Source of the DNA: an uncultured Desulfospira sp.
GTDB taxonomy: Bacteria > Desulfobacterota > Desulfobacteria > Desulfobacterales > Desulfobacteraceae
Assembly: GCA_963663165.1 (NCBI GenBank)
Contig: OY760175.1
Coordinates: forward strand, 3,168,001-3,232,000
Direction: 5' to 3'
DNA length: 64,000 nucleotides
The position numbers were made by a program, and so were the translations under genes. This document shows positions 52,140 to 61,251 of the stretch, one piece after another. The notes under the pieces were generated by a model that ran no database searches, had not been told where the DNA came from, and worked only from the letters and a program-made list of their open reading frames with translations. The number at the start of each line of letters is the position of its first letter. Positions within the stretch are counted from its first letter, which is position 1.

Positions 52140-52266
52140 GTGTTTGGACAAAAAGTTATCCAGATGCAAGGCCCGGAAAAAACGGCAACCGGAGCAACCT
52201 TCAGGGGTGTGAGAATTGCCGTTTTTTTCTAAAACGCAGCAGATGGACGGCTTTTCGTTCAAATGC
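52140..52266 (+). repeat. GTGTTTGRAC-ended REP/MITE-like repeat
   Basis: GTGTTTGGAC...CCAGATGCAAGG-[hairpin]-GCAGATGGACGGCTTT..GTTCAAATGC. Confidence 0.75.
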
Positions 52267-52269
52267 TAT

Positions 52270-53091
52270 TTACTTTGCCAGCTCTTTCTGCCAGTCGTTG
52301 GACTTAATCCATTTGTCATAAGATTTCTGCCATCTGCCGTCGTTCTTGTACTGGCGGATGAAGTTGTTCAAAAAGTTGACAAAATCCGGGTCCCCTTTTT
52401 TCAGGCCAATGGCCAGAGGCTCAAAGGTAAAGGGTTGGTTTAAGGCATAGGTTTTGCCTTCGCCGTGGGCGGCCTGGAAGAACTCAACCAGGGGAAGGTC
52501 ATAGACAAAGGCATCAGCATTGCCCTGAATCACCTCCATGGCCCCTTCGGATTCCACCTCAAATGACTTGTAGGTGGCCTTTGGGATGTATTTTTTGACC
52601 GCCTGCTCACCGGTGGTGCCCAGTTTTGAACAGACCACATATTTGGGATCATTCAGGTCCTTATAAGAGTTGATGCTCCCCTTGTGTTTGTTGTTCACGA
52701 TAATGGCCTGACCTACAATTATATAGGGATCTGAAAAGCAGATTTTAAGGTTTCTCTCCTGGGTAACGGTCATGCCGCCGATGATGACATCAATTTTATC
52801 GGTGACCAGAGAGGGGATAATGCCGTCCCATGCAGTGTTTACCGGTTCAAACTCAACGCCCATGGCCTTGGCAAGGTGCTTGGCCATGTCAATGTCGAAT
52901 CCCATGTAGTTGCCTTTGGTGTTGGTCATTTCAAAGGGCAGGTAACCGGATTCAAACCCCACCCGAATTTTTCCGGCTTTAAGGATGGATTCAATGTGGG
53001 ATTTATTGGCCAGTTCAATATCGGCACAGAACCCGGGGGCGGATACCAGCACAAAGGCCAGTACAAATAAGGATACAGCAATCTTTTTCAT
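52270..53091 (-). CDS. Polar amino-acid ABC transporter substrate-binding protein
   Basis: Signal peptide, YLPFE, GFDID, WDGIIPSL, GMTVTQER, GTTG; AGGAGG RBS. Confidence 0.95.
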   Translation of the reverse strand: MKKIAVSLFVLAFVLVSAPGFCADIELANKSHIESILKAGKIRVGFESGYLPFEMTNTKGNYMGFDIDMAKHLAKAMGVEFEPVNTAWDGIIPSLVTDKIDVIIGGMTVTQERNLKICFSDPYIIVGQAIIVNNKHKGSINSYKDLNDPKYVVCSKLGTTGEQAVKKYIPKATYKSFEVESEGAMEVIQGNADAFVYDLPLVEFFQAAHGEGKTYALNQPFTFEPLAIGLKKGDPDFVNFLNNFIRQYKNDGRWQKSYDKWIKSNDWQKELAK

Positions 53092-53289
53092 CTCTTTTCC
53101 TCCTATGAAATTTTTTATGTCTGAACAAAAACCGTTCATGAGTAGGTTTAATACTTAGCATAATATTTTTAAATGGCAAGGAATATTTTCCAGCCATGTA
53201 AGGCCTTGCCGTGGGCTTGACTTGCCTTAAATTTCCGTCGTATGATTTAATTTTTTCAAACCGCTTAAAAAAATAAAGGCCCCATAAGG

Positions 53290-53928
53290 TTGATAAAGCG
53301 CCTTTCCCCCAAAAAACGCAGCCATTCCAAATTGAAGATTCTGGCCGTTTCCGACTGGGAAGACACTGATCTTGCCCGGCAGGTGACGGACAAAACCCTG
53401 GGACCGGTGGACCTGATCATCTCCTGCGGGGACCTGCCCCCGGAATACCTTTCGTTTTTAAGGGACCGCCTGGACGCCCCGCTGTTCTATGTCAAGGGGA
53501 ACCATGACCTAAGGTACACCCGCACCAACCCTTTGGGCTGCCGGAATATTCATGCCCGGGTGGTGACCGTCAACCGGTTGAATATCCTGGGACTTGAAGG
53601 GTCCATGTGGTATAACGGCGGGGCCAATCAGTACACGGAAACCATGATGAGGCGGACCATCTCCCGGCTGTGGTTCAACATCCTGATAAAGGGCCGCATT
53701 CATATGGTGGTCACCCATGCCCCTCCGCGGCACATCCATGACCGGGAAGATCCCTGTCATATGGGGTTTGAATGCTTTAACACCCTTATCCTGAAACAAC
53801 GGCCCCTCTATTTTTTTCACGGCCATGTTCACCAGGCGTTTGAGACCATGGAAGACCGGATCACCCGGGTGAGCGGCACCCGGGTGATCAATACCTGCGG
53901 ATTTACCATTATGGAAATTAAGCCATGA
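53290..53928 (+). CDS. Calcineurin-like metallophosphoesterase
   Basis: KILAVSD, ISCGDL, VKGNHD, VTHAPP, FHGHVH; start may be TTG at 53332. Confidence 0.9.
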   Translation: MIKRLSPKKRSHSKLKILAVSDWEDTDLARQVTDKTLGPVDLIISCGDLPPEYLSFLRDRLDAPLFYVKGNHDLRYTRTNPLGCRNIHARVVTVNRLNILGLEGSMWYNGGANQYTETMMRRTISRLWFNILIKGRIHMVVTHAPPRHIHDREDPCHMGFECFNTLILKQRPLYFFHGHVHQAFETMEDRITRVSGTRVINTCGFTIMEIKP

Positions 53929-55010
53929 AACATATTTTTCAGTCCTTGTTTTCCCCCAAAAAACATTCAGAGGAAAGTGGCCTTTCCGCGTTCAACCGGC
54001 AGCGGGTTGAAACCGAAGATGTCCAGTTTATTGACCATGGCATCACCACCATGCCATTGGAGGATATCATCGGCAGCGTAGGCAAATACGATGATTTCGA
54101 CTCTCAGTTCAGGCCAAGAAAGCATGTTGACAGCAACCGGTTTAACAGCATCAAACAGGCCATGAGGGAGGGAAAGCCCATCCCCCCGGTTAAATTGTAC
54201 CAGATCCGGAACGAGTATTATGTGGTGGATGGAAACCACCGGGTCGCGGCCGCAAAAGAGCTTGGCTGGACGGAAATCTCAGCCAAAGTCGTGGAGCTGC
54301 TGTCCAGTGAAAACACCATGGAAAACATGCTCTACCTGGAAAGGAAAAAATTTTACATCGCCACAGGCCTGCCCGAAGAGATCCAGCTGACCGAAGTGGG
54401 AAAATACAACTATCTCGAGTCCCAGATCAAAAAGCACCAGGTCTTCCTGGCCGGACAGTCCGGCAGGGACTGTGACCGGCAAAAAGCCGCCCGGGACTGG
54501 TACAATACCATCTACACCCCCCTTGCCACCATTATCGGCAACAGCGGGCTCCTCAAGTACTTCCCCAACCGGACCGTGGGGGACCTGTACACCTATATTG
54601 CCTACCACCACTGGGAAAGAAGCTCCAACCGGCGGTTCGGCATCGGCATTGACCAGCTCATTCCCAAAAGCATGGAAGGGTTCCGGAAAGCCATGCTGGA
54701 GAAAAAAACCCCGGATTACCCGGAAATGAAACGGAGCATCACCGCCTTTGTGCTGGTGAATACAGACCCCAAATTAGAGTATCAGATCGTTGACCTGTTG
54801 TTTGACATTGAAGAGATCAAGGAGGTCCATGCGGTTCACGGCCCGGTGGATCTCCTGGTCAAAGCGGTGATCAAACGGGACCTTCTGGCTTCCGATGCCG
54901 AGGTCATCGCTGAATTTGTAGAGATGCAAATCCGCCAGCTGGACGGGATCACCCGGACCCAGACCATGATCCCGGGACTGTCCAAGGTAAAAGAAGGCAT
55001 CATCTGTTAA
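53925..55010 (+). CDS. ParB/Srx-like domain protein with helical middle (DUF4032-like) and C-terminal Lrp/AsnC ligand-binding domain
   Basis: IIGSVGKY.DFD..F.P; PPVKLY...YYVVDGNHRVAAAK; C-terminal AFVLV...EVHAVHGPVDLLVK...IRQLDGITRTQTMI; ATGA overlap with the phosphoesterase. Confidence 0.8.
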   Translation: MKHIFQSLFSPKKHSEESGLSAFNRQRVETEDVQFIDHGITTMPLEDIIGSVGKYDDFDSQFRPRKHVDSNRFNSIKQAMREGKPIPPVKLYQIRNEYYVVDGNHRVAAAKELGWTEISAKVVELLSSENTMENMLYLERKKFYIATGLPEEIQLTEVGKYNYLESQIKKHQVFLAGQSGRDCDRQKAARDWYNTIYTPLATIIGNSGLLKYFPNRTVGDLYTYIAYHHWERSSNRRFGIGIDQLIPKSMEGFRKAMLEKKTPDYPEMKRSITAFVLVNTDPKLEYQIVDLLFDIEEIKEVHAVHGPVDLLVKAVIKRDLLASDAEVIAEFVEMQIRQLDGITRTQTMIPGLSKVKEGIIC

Positions 55011-55139
55011 TATGGGGGCTTAGGCTGAAGGGAAGCCTGCCGAAACCATCTTTACCTTCGGTATGAGCCCCTTCAGCCCTCAGCCTATCCACCTTAAGCC
55101 CCATTGTAACTGTCTGAAAAAAATAAAATAATTAAATCG

Positions 55140-55168
55140 TTGACAGCTTTTTATTTTAGCTCTAAGTT
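55140..55168 (+). promoter_or_regulatory. Candidate sigma70 promoter of the glutamate synthase operon
   Basis: TTGACA-N17-TAAGTT in an AT-rich spacer. Confidence 0.5.
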
Positions 55169-55221
55169 TAAGGCTTTGGAAAAATATATATTCTTTTGTA
55201 CAGTAACAAGGAGAGTTTTAC

Positions 55222-56352
55222 ATGTGTCGTCTGTTTGCACTTACCAGCAGTGATCCGGTTTCCCCCATGCTGGCCATCAAGGCACTGGATGTCATGAAAG
55301 AAGGACATGACGGATCAGGCGTAGGCCTGCTGCTTCAGGATCTTGGCGGACCCTTTGAAGAAATCAAGGACTGCCCTATTTTATCCGGCATCTTTACGGA
55401 AGAAGGGCTTCGCCGCCTGGACCTTTTCATGATGGATATGGGGTTTTTGACCAAATATAAAATCTCCTTGAAAGTTCCCAAAAAATGCGTGGAAGGCACC
55501 CCGAGAAGGGGGGTCTACCTGATCCGGGCCTATGAACTTCCCGAGCACTGGGACCAGTATACCCAGGAAGAAATTGAAAGACGGTTTCTGGAAATCCGGG
55601 TGAAACTCAAGGAAATGGGTGAAGAAAAACAGGACATGATTGTCTTTTCTTTCTGGCCCGACGCCATCATGATCAAGGAAATCGGTGATCCCATGCAGCT
55701 GGCCGAATACTTAGGCCTGGACAGAAAGGAACTCAGGGCCCGGGTGATCATGGCCCAGGGGCGGCAGAACACCAACTATGCCATCAACCTTTATGCCTGC
55801 CATCCGTTTTTTATCAGCGGGTACTGCACCATGACCAACGGTGAGAACACGGCGTTTATCCCCATTAAAGATTTTCTGATGTCCAGGGGGATTCCAGGGT
55901 ATACCGGCTACCAGTCCGACTCCGAAGTCTTTGCCCATATTCTGCATTTTTCCATGATGGAACTTGGTTTAGGGATTGAAGGGTACAAACATGTGATTAC
56001 CCCCCTTCAAAGGGAAGCCCTTGAAATTCATCCCAATGCAGACTTCTTATTTCACCTGAAACGGACCTGCCGGCCCCTGATCATTGACGGGCCCAACTGC
56101 GTTATCGGCACCCTGCCGGACCATTCCCTGTTCATGGTTCAGGACAGAAAAAAACTGCGCCCCGGCGTTGTGGGCGGCAACCCCGGCATGTTTGGATTTT
56201 CATCGGAAATCTGCGGCCTGGATGCCGTGATCCCCGACCGGGACACCTCAAAAGATATTCAACCCATGCACCTTGACACCGCTATTGTTGGCCCTGAACG
56301 CCAGGAGGTAAATATATGTCGTCAAACAGAAGCCTTGAGCCTTCCTCTTTAA
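55222..56352 (+). CDS. Glutamate synthase, class II glutamine amidotransferase subunit
   Basis: N-terminal nucleophile Cys2 (MCRLF), RQNTN, ACHPF, NGE, SDSE, DRKKLRP. Confidence 0.88.
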   Translation: MCRLFALTSSDPVSPMLAIKALDVMKEGHDGSGVGLLLQDLGGPFEEIKDCPILSGIFTEEGLRRLDLFMMDMGFLTKYKISLKVPKKCVEGTPRRGVYLIRAYELPEHWDQYTQEEIERRFLEIRVKLKEMGEEKQDMIVFSFWPDAIMIKEIGDPMQLAEYLGLDRKELRARVIMAQGRQNTNYAINLYACHPFFISGYCTMTNGENTAFIPIKDFLMSRGIPGYTGYQSDSEVFAHILHFSMMELGLGIEGYKHVITPLQREALEIHPNADFLFHLKRTCRPLIIDGPNCVIGTLPDHSLFMVQDRKKLRPGVVGGNPGMFGFSSEICGLDAVIPDRDTSKDIQPMHLDTAIVGPERQEVNICRQTEALSLPL

Positions 56353-57950
56353 GCTTAAACGATCTGCCCTGGCAGATTCAGTACAATAATGACCGCTGCA
56401 CCCTTTGCGGCCAATGCACGGCGGTTTGTCCGGTAAAGGCCATTGAGCTGACGGTTTTCAGAAAAAGAAACCTGAGGACCTCGGTGAACCAGCCCCACAG
56501 CCATTCCAACGAGTACACCACCTTTTACGGCATCAGCCAGAAGACCCGGGTGGAAAATGCCTGTATCGGCTGTGCCATGTGTACCATGGTCTGTCCCAAT
56601 GACGCCATCCGGCCCGTCAAAAATCAAGGCCTTGACCGCTTAAAATTCCATATCAACCAAAAGGGGATCCCCAGACGGCGCGGGGGCCGCAGAAATTCAT
56701 CTTTTTCCGTGCTGGACCGGATTAAGTTCACCCGGATCTCCATGCTCACAGACCCGGCCCTGGATGCGGGCCGTCACGAATTTGAAATGCGGACCCTCCT
56801 GGGACGGGTGCTGCCCCCCAGAGAAAACATGAAGCGCCTTCAGGAAAAGGGCTGGGTCCCGCCGGTCCGGGAAATCTATCCGTTGATCATCGGAGGCATG
56901 TCCTTTGGCGCCCTGTCTCCCACCATGTGGGAAGGGCTTCAGATGGGGGTGGCCTACTTAAATGAAGAAATGAACATGCCCGTGCGCATGTGCACCGGAG
57001 AAGGGGGCTGTCCCCCCCGGCTGCTGAGATCCCGCTTTCTAAAATATGTGATTCTCCAGATTGCCTCAGGGTATTTTGGATGGGATGAAATCATCCACGC
57101 CATTCCCCATATGAAAGAAGACCCCTGCGCCGTTGAAATCAAATACGGCCAGGGCGCCAAGCCCGGGGACGGCGGCCTTTTAATGTGGCACAAGGTCAAC
57201 AAACTTATTGCCGCCATCCGGGGGGTTCCCCAGGGCGTGAGCCTGCCCTCTCCCCCCACCCACCAAACCCAGTACTCCATTGAGGAGTCCGTGGCCAAGA
57301 TGATTTTGTCCATGTCCATGGCCTGGGGATTCAGGGTGCCGGTTTACCCGAAAATTTCGGCGTCCTCCACCTCCCTTGCCGTCATGAACAACTTGACCCG
57401 GAACGAGTATGCCGGGGGCCTGGCCATTGACGGAGAAGACGGGGGAACCGGCGCGGCCTATTCCGTATCCATGGACCACATGGGCCACCCCATTGCCAGC
57501 TGTATCCGGGACAACTACCTGAACCTCACCAAGCTGGGCAAACAAAACGAGATTCCCATCTTTGCCGGCGGCGGCATCGGAAAGAACGGCAACCTGGCCG
57601 CCAATGCCGCCGCCCTGATTATGCTGGGCGCCTCGGGTGTCCAGATCGGCAAGTATGTCATGCAGGCGGCGGCCGGATGTGTGGGAACCGAAGAAGACCG
57701 GTGCAACGTTTGCAACGTAGGGGTATGCCCCAAGGGAATCACCTCCCAGGACCCCAGGCTTTACCGGCGCCTGGACCCCGAAGACGTGGCCCAGCGGCTG
57801 GTGGATCTGTTTGTCTCCTTTGATACGGAACTCAAAAAAATCGTGGCCCCCCTGGGACGGTCCACATCTTTGCCCATCGGAATGTCCGATGCCCTTGGAA
57901 TTGACGACCATGCTGTTGCTCAACGCCTCAGTATCAAGTACGTGGTTTAA
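56316..57950 (+). CDS. Glutamate synthase FMN-binding subunit with N-terminal 2x[4Fe-4S] domain
   Basis: CxxCxxCxxxCP twice; MSFGALS, TGEGG, QIASGYFG, EIKYGQGAKPGDGG, GGTGAA, CPKGITSQDP. Confidence 0.93.
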   Translation: MSSNRSLEPSSLSLNDLPWQIQYNNDRCTLCGQCTAVCPVKAIELTVFRKRNLRTSVNQPHSHSNEYTTFYGISQKTRVENACIGCAMCTMVCPNDAIRPVKNQGLDRLKFHINQKGIPRRRGGRRNSSFSVLDRIKFTRISMLTDPALDAGRHEFEMRTLLGRVLPPRENMKRLQEKGWVPPVREIYPLIIGGMSFGALSPTMWEGLQMGVAYLNEEMNMPVRMCTGEGGCPPRLLRSRFLKYVILQIASGYFGWDEIIHAIPHMKEDPCAVEIKYGQGAKPGDGGLLMWHKVNKLIAAIRGVPQGVSLPSPPTHQTQYSIEESVAKMILSMSMAWGFRVPVYPKISASSTSLAVMNNLTRNEYAGGLAIDGEDGGTGAAYSVSMDHMGHPIASCIRDNYLNLTKLGKQNEIPIFAGGGIGKNGNLAANAAALIMLGASGVQIGKYVMQAAAGCVGTEEDRCNVCNVGVCPKGITSQDPRLYRRLDPEDVAQRLVDLFVSFDTELKKIVAPLGRSTSLPIGMSDALGIDDHAVAQRLSIKYVV

Positions 57951-57962
57951 AAGGAGGCTGCC

Positions 57963-60293
57963 ATGAAATCCAGCGACTATATTTTTGTACCCGGCAAAAG
58001 AGAAGAAAAAAGAATTCCCTCCAGGGTATTAGAAGAGACCATCCACCAGCACATCAGGGGTGGACAACGAAAACTTGAAGTTGAGGCATTCGGCCAGCAC
58101 GGTATTGGCGGAAGGCTCTGGGATGCCGGACAGGACCCCACCCATATCCGGGTCATCGGCCATCCGGGCCAGCGGGCCGGTTCTTTGGGAACACCCAACA
58201 CCACCATTGAAATCATGGGACCGGCGTCGGATGACGTGGGCTGGCTGAACGCCGGGGCACAGATCATTATCCACGGCAGCGCCTCTAACGGGATCATGAA
58301 CGGGGCGGCCCAGGGAAAGGTTTATGTGGGCGGCTCTATCGGGGCCCGGGGCATGACCATGACCAAACACAACCCCCGGTTTGAGCCCCCGGAACTCTGG
58401 GTTCTAGGGGCTGCAGGAGATTATTTCGGCGAGTTCATGGCCGGCGGCATTGCCGTGATCTGCGGCCATGGATTCGGCACCGACAACTCCATCATGGGGT
58501 ACCGCCCCCTGGTGGGCATGGTGGGCGGCAAGGTCTTTGTCCGGGGAAGCGTGGACGGGTTCAGTAAAAAAGATGCCCGAATTGCCCCCCTGTCCGACCA
58601 GGACTGGAGCTGGTTGTTGGCCAACCTGAAAACCTTTCTGGAAAACATCGACAAGGCCGACCTGTTCAATTCCCTGTCCCACCGGCCGGACTGGCAGCTT
58701 CTGACTTCCAAATCCCCTCAGGATAAAGCCGCCAGCGGGCAGCAGCTTTCCATGGCCGCATTCAGGGCCGAAGTCTGGGACCGGGAACTGGGCCGGGGCG
58801 GATTGATCGGAGACCTTCAGGAAACTGAACAGGGAACGGTTCCGTTAATTACCAAAGCAGAGTTCCGGCGGTATGTTCCGGTATGGGAACAGGGCAGGTA
58901 CCAGTCTCCCTGCCAGGCCGCATGCCCCACGGGCATTCCGGTCCAGGACCGGTGGGCCATGGTCCGTGCCGACAACATTGACGAAGCCATTTCCATGGGC
59001 CTGGAATATACCCCCTTCCCGGCCACGGTCTGCGGCTATCTTTGCCCAAGCCCCTGTATGGCCTCCTGTACCCGGAATATGGAAAACATGAACCCCATTG
59101 ATGTCAGGCTTCTAGGCCGTGCCGGGGAAAAGGTAACGCCCCCGGCACCAGCGCCCAAAACCAACAAACGGGTGGCCGTCATCGGGGCCGGCCCCGGCGG
59201 TATTGCCGCGGCATGGCACCTGACCCTCAGGGGCCACACAGCCGTGATCTTTGACGGCGGGGACAAACTTGGCGGAAAGATTTCCTCGGTCATCCCGGAA
59301 TCCCGGATACCTAGGGAAACCCTGGAATCCGAACTGAACCGAATCAAAGAGCTGGTCCCCGATATCCGCCTAAAGCAGCCCATTGATGACAAGGAGTTTT
59401 CCAGAATCAAGTCTGACTACGAGTTCGTTGTTGTGGCGGCGGGGGCCAGTAAACCAAGGACACTGCCTGTCCCCGGCATAGAGCATGCCGTGTTTGCCAA
59501 TGATTTTCTTGAAAATGCCAAACGTGTCAATTTCAAGCCGGGCAAACGGATCGTGATTATCGGGGCCGGAAACGTAGGCTGCGATGTGGCCACCGAAGCC
59601 CACCGGTTAGGGGCAAAAGACATTACCCTGATCGATGTCCAGAAACCGGCAGCATTTGGCAAGGAAAAAGAGGATGCTGAAAAATGCGGCGCCAAATTCA
59701 AATGGCCCCTGTTTACAAAGGAAATCTCAAAAAGAGGGGTTACCCTCAAGGATGATACCCTTCTGCCGGCCGATACCGTGGTCATTTCCATTGGGGATGT
59801 TCCGGATCTTACCTTTCTTGGCAAGCAGGTTGAGCTGAACAACGGCCTTGTGGGCGTGGATGAATTTAACCGGACCTCAGACCCCAAAGTGTTTGCCATC
59901 GGCGACATTGTGGCGCCCGGGCTGATCACTGATGCCATTGGCATGGGAAAACGGGCCGCCCTCAATATTGACCGGCTCCTTGCAGGGGAAAAACCGGATC
60001 AGGTCAAAGAGGGCACCATGATTGCCAAAGACCGGGTCAAACTCGAATACTATGATCCCAAAAAAGATGCCATGAACATGGCAGAGTGCGGGGCGGACTG
60101 CGCTTCCTGCGGCAACTGCCGGGACTGCGGCATTTGTGTGGCCGTCTGCCCGGAAGGGGCCATTGAACGGGTCGCCCTTGAAGATAACGGATTTGAATAT
60201 ACCGTGGATGAAACCAAGTGCATTGGGTGCGGATTCTGCGCCGGTGCCTGCCCTTGCGGGATATGGGCCATTGTTCCCAATACCCCATTGTAG
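57963..60293 (+). CDS. Glutamate synthase GXGXG domain fused to a GltD-like FAD/NAD(P) oxidoreductase and ferredoxin
   Basis: GQHGIGG and GXGXG repeats; PCQAACP, CGYLCPSPC; two GxGxxG motifs; VFAIGD; C-terminal 2x[4Fe-4S]. Confidence 0.9.
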   Translation: MKSSDYIFVPGKREEKRIPSRVLEETIHQHIRGGQRKLEVEAFGQHGIGGRLWDAGQDPTHIRVIGHPGQRAGSLGTPNTTIEIMGPASDDVGWLNAGAQIIIHGSASNGIMNGAAQGKVYVGGSIGARGMTMTKHNPRFEPPELWVLGAAGDYFGEFMAGGIAVICGHGFGTDNSIMGYRPLVGMVGGKVFVRGSVDGFSKKDARIAPLSDQDWSWLLANLKTFLENIDKADLFNSLSHRPDWQLLTSKSPQDKAASGQQLSMAAFRAEVWDRELGRGGLIGDLQETEQGTVPLITKAEFRRYVPVWEQGRYQSPCQAACPTGIPVQDRWAMVRADNIDEAISMGLEYTPFPATVCGYLCPSPCMASCTRNMENMNPIDVRLLGRAGEKVTPPAPAPKTNKRVAVIGAGPGGIAAAWHLTLRGHTAVIFDGGDKLGGKISSVIPESRIPRETLESELNRIKELVPDIRLKQPIDDKEFSRIKSDYEFVVVAAGASKPRTLPVPGIEHAVFANDFLENAKRVNFKPGKRIVIIGAGNVGCDVATEAHRLGAKDITLIDVQKPAAFGKEKEDAEKCGAKFKWPLFTKEISKRGVTLKDDTLLPADTVVISIGDVPDLTFLGKQVELNNGLVGVDEFNRTSDPKVFAIGDIVAPGLITDAIGMGKRAALNIDRLLAGEKPDQVKEGTMIAKDRVKLEYYDPKKDAMNMAECGADCASCGNCRDCGICVAVCPEGAIERVALEDNGFEYTVDETKCIGCGFCAGACPCGIWAIVPNTPL

Positions 60294-60308
60294 CCCATTC
60301 GGGCAGCA

Positions 60309-60385
60309 TTTAGCTTTTAGCTGTTAGCGCCTGTAGCCGCCGATTTCAAAAGGTGCTAGCTAACAGCTAATTGCTAACAGCTAAC
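60309..60385. repeat. Heptamer (TTAGCTK/GCTAAYW) tandem palindrome between convergent genes
   Basis: TTTAGCTTTTAGCTGTTAGC ... GCTAGCTAACAGCTAATTGCTAACAGCTAA. Confidence 0.8.
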
Positions 60386-60471
60386 GGCTTAATAAAAACC
60401 AGAACAAACGATCTGATCATTTATATATGGATAAATCCAAAGGAATTTGATTCCACTGATTTTCTTTGAGG

Positions 60472-60990
60472 CTACCGGGAGACGTCCCCATCTGCGTTGG
60501 GATCCTTGAAATCCCAGTATTTTGTTATCGTACCGACCGACCCGCCCATGTCATCCATCCCGTTATATTCCCATTCAATACGGCTGTAGTTAAGCGAGAT
60601 CTCTTCAACCGGGCGCCCCCCCTGGCCGAATGAATCTGAAATATTGATACTGGTGATGATGACTTCCCAAAGCTTAATTTGATACAACGGATGCAGCGTG
60701 CCGGACATGGTGGTGGTGATGACTTTGAGTTCTGCAGTTTCAATATCCCTCCTGTGGCAGCACAGATCCATGAGGGGAAGGCTGGATGAGTCAATAACCT
60801 TTGAGATCCTCAAATCGCCATGCTGGACCGCACCGATTCTCCGGCTATCGCCGCTGCCCATCATACTGGACCGGTCCACACTGGTTGCGACATTGTGGGA
60901 AAACCCTTCAATTCGGATCCACCCCGCGTGTGCCATGTCTTGGCTTTCCCCCTCTATGCCCTCAATTTTCATAAAAATGGCATTGGACAT
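60472..60990 (-). CDS. hcp: Type VI secretion tube protein Hcp (orphan)
   Basis: IFMKIEGIEGES.D..H.GWI; ISKVIDSSS..L; YQIKL..VIITSI; PVEEISLNYSRIEWEY; YWD. Confidence 0.88.
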   Translation of the reverse strand: MSNAIFMKIEGIEGESQDMAHAGWIRIEGFSHNVATSVDRSSMMGSGDSRRIGAVQHGDLRISKVIDSSSLPLMDLCCHRRDIETAELKVITTTMSGTLHPLYQIKLWEVIITSINISDSFGQGGRPVEEISLNYSRIEWEYNGMDDMGGSVGTITKYWDFKDPNADGDVSR

Positions 60991-61039
60991 GTTGCTTCTC
61001 CTTTTGTGATAGCCTTTAGCATGCTGATAAAGCTATTTA

Positions 61040-61128
61040 TATGAAAGAATCTGCAAGCTGCTGTAATTCTTTCATGCTTTGTTGTGGGCTGAACCGGATT
61101 AACAATCCAATCGGCCCGTGGCCGTTAG
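61040..61128 (+). repeat. Two-hairpin structured repeat, copy 4 (divergent stems)
   Basis: TATGAAAGAAT..ATTCTTTCATGCTTTGTTGTGGGCTGA..GGATT-AAC-AATCC..TCGGCCCGTGGCCGTTAG. Confidence 0.85.
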
Positions 61129-61251
61129 TTCGTATTTTCTCTTAAATCCGCAGATTCCAGTTTATTCAATGCGCTTACGACAGCATGCTTATCATATATT
61201 ATATTTCTATACAGACAACATCTTTTTATATCCAGCAGTGGACGAATAAAT

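Noticed and set aside
53925..55010. Chromosome or plasmid partition locus
   Set aside because: No parA, no parS palindrome noticed, and no ParB HTH; the C-terminus is an AsnC-type domain
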